Positions 63,141-64,000 of a stretch of DNA of 64,000 nucleotides are shown in pieces (the stretch's first letter is position 1; every line of letters starts with the position of its first letter). The translations under genes were made by a program, and so were the position numbers. Source of the stretch: Callorhinchus milii (Eukaryota); contig NW_024704742.1 in the NCBI RefSeq assembly GCF_018977255.1, positions 14,200,001 through 14,264,000 of the forward strand. The letters are read 5' to 3'. A model generated the notes under the pieces. The model made no database searches, was not told the DNA's origin, and was given only the letters and a program-made list of their open reading frames with translations.

Positions 63141-64000
63141 AAAGATCAACCAAACAACTCTGCTTCTAACTTGGTCACCTGAGGCAATTCAACGACTCAT
63201 GATGCACCAAGCTCATTGAAGACCCAAACTTTCGTAGTTGGCCATACACATGCAGTCTAAATCATATCTACCCCAATTTTAGGCCAACTCCCAAGGCATC
63301 ATAGCTGGGGTTCTGGTATATTCCCTGGGATTAAGTTTTCAAAACAGATTAAGATTGCATACATTTAGTCTGTCACACTGACCACACTTTTCCAGTTTTT
63401 ATTTAAGGAGTTGAACGTCACAGCATTGATTGCTTTTGTTGTGAATCTGTTCACAGGTGCATAGTCCACTAACTTTATTACAGCACAAGAGGTCAATTGG
63501 CCCATCAAGTTTAAACTGATAGTAGCTCAACCCATAAGACCTAAATTCTCTAATCGCAATTCCCTGCTCTTTTCCTGTACCCTTTTATCATAGTAGCGAA
63601 TGCAAGTTTCAGGTGAACATGGGTGTTTGTTGTAACTCAATGTGAGCTTGCTGCCTTTTTTTTGATGGAATTGTCCGTCAGTAACACATATCAGTCCGTT
63701 TCTGACATAATAAAATGTTCTATGCTACTAAGGGAAACTTCAGCAAAGATCTATTGTTACAATAAAACAATAGTGGGGAAGTTGGCACCAACACAGGCAC
63801 ATGAGCCAATGGCCTTGCTCTGTGCTGCAAACTTTCTATGATTCTAACTTTCTATCCATGTATTTTTCTAAATTACTGAATGATTTAATTAACACATTGA
63901 TAATATCTTGTTGGAATTCATCCATAAAAACATCTCAGGAAAATACGTAAGGGATTAGTATGTTCTTAGCAGCTGCAGAAGCAGATGGAATGGACAAAAT

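Overview
This is AT-rich vertebrate genomic DNA. The repeat content (tRNA-derived Deu-type SINEs, L2 and CR1 LINEs, a Penelope-like remnant) suggests a cartilaginous fish, possibly a chimaera; that is inferred and not confirmed by a search. The only protein-coding gene is on the + strand: the 5' half of a heparan sulfate N-deacetylase/N-sulfotransferase of the NDST3/NDST4 subgroup. Four coding exons (22655-23635, 50166-50253, 54154-54308, 58322-58507) splice in frame to 470 codons; the sulfotransferase exons lie beyond the window. The rest is intron or upstream sequence full of SINE and LINE fragments, and the other ORFs in the track are repeat-derived or chance. I found no prokaryote-style system (CRISPR, operon, phage). 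The best candidates for follow-up are: (i) a strong AG|GTGAGT recursive-splice or poison-acceptor site 45 nt upstream of the last coding exon in the window; (ii) a 5' leader with 8 upstream AUGs, including a hydrophobic/polybasic 33-aa uORF that ends 11 nt before the start codon; (iii) near-identical inverted young SINEs around the first coding exon (dsRNA, editing or circRNA potential); (iv) a visible three-step modular history of one SINE lineage that shares its tail with an L2; (v) two unclassified inverted-repeat families and a tandem hairpin array. Repeat boundaries were read by eye and are approximate.
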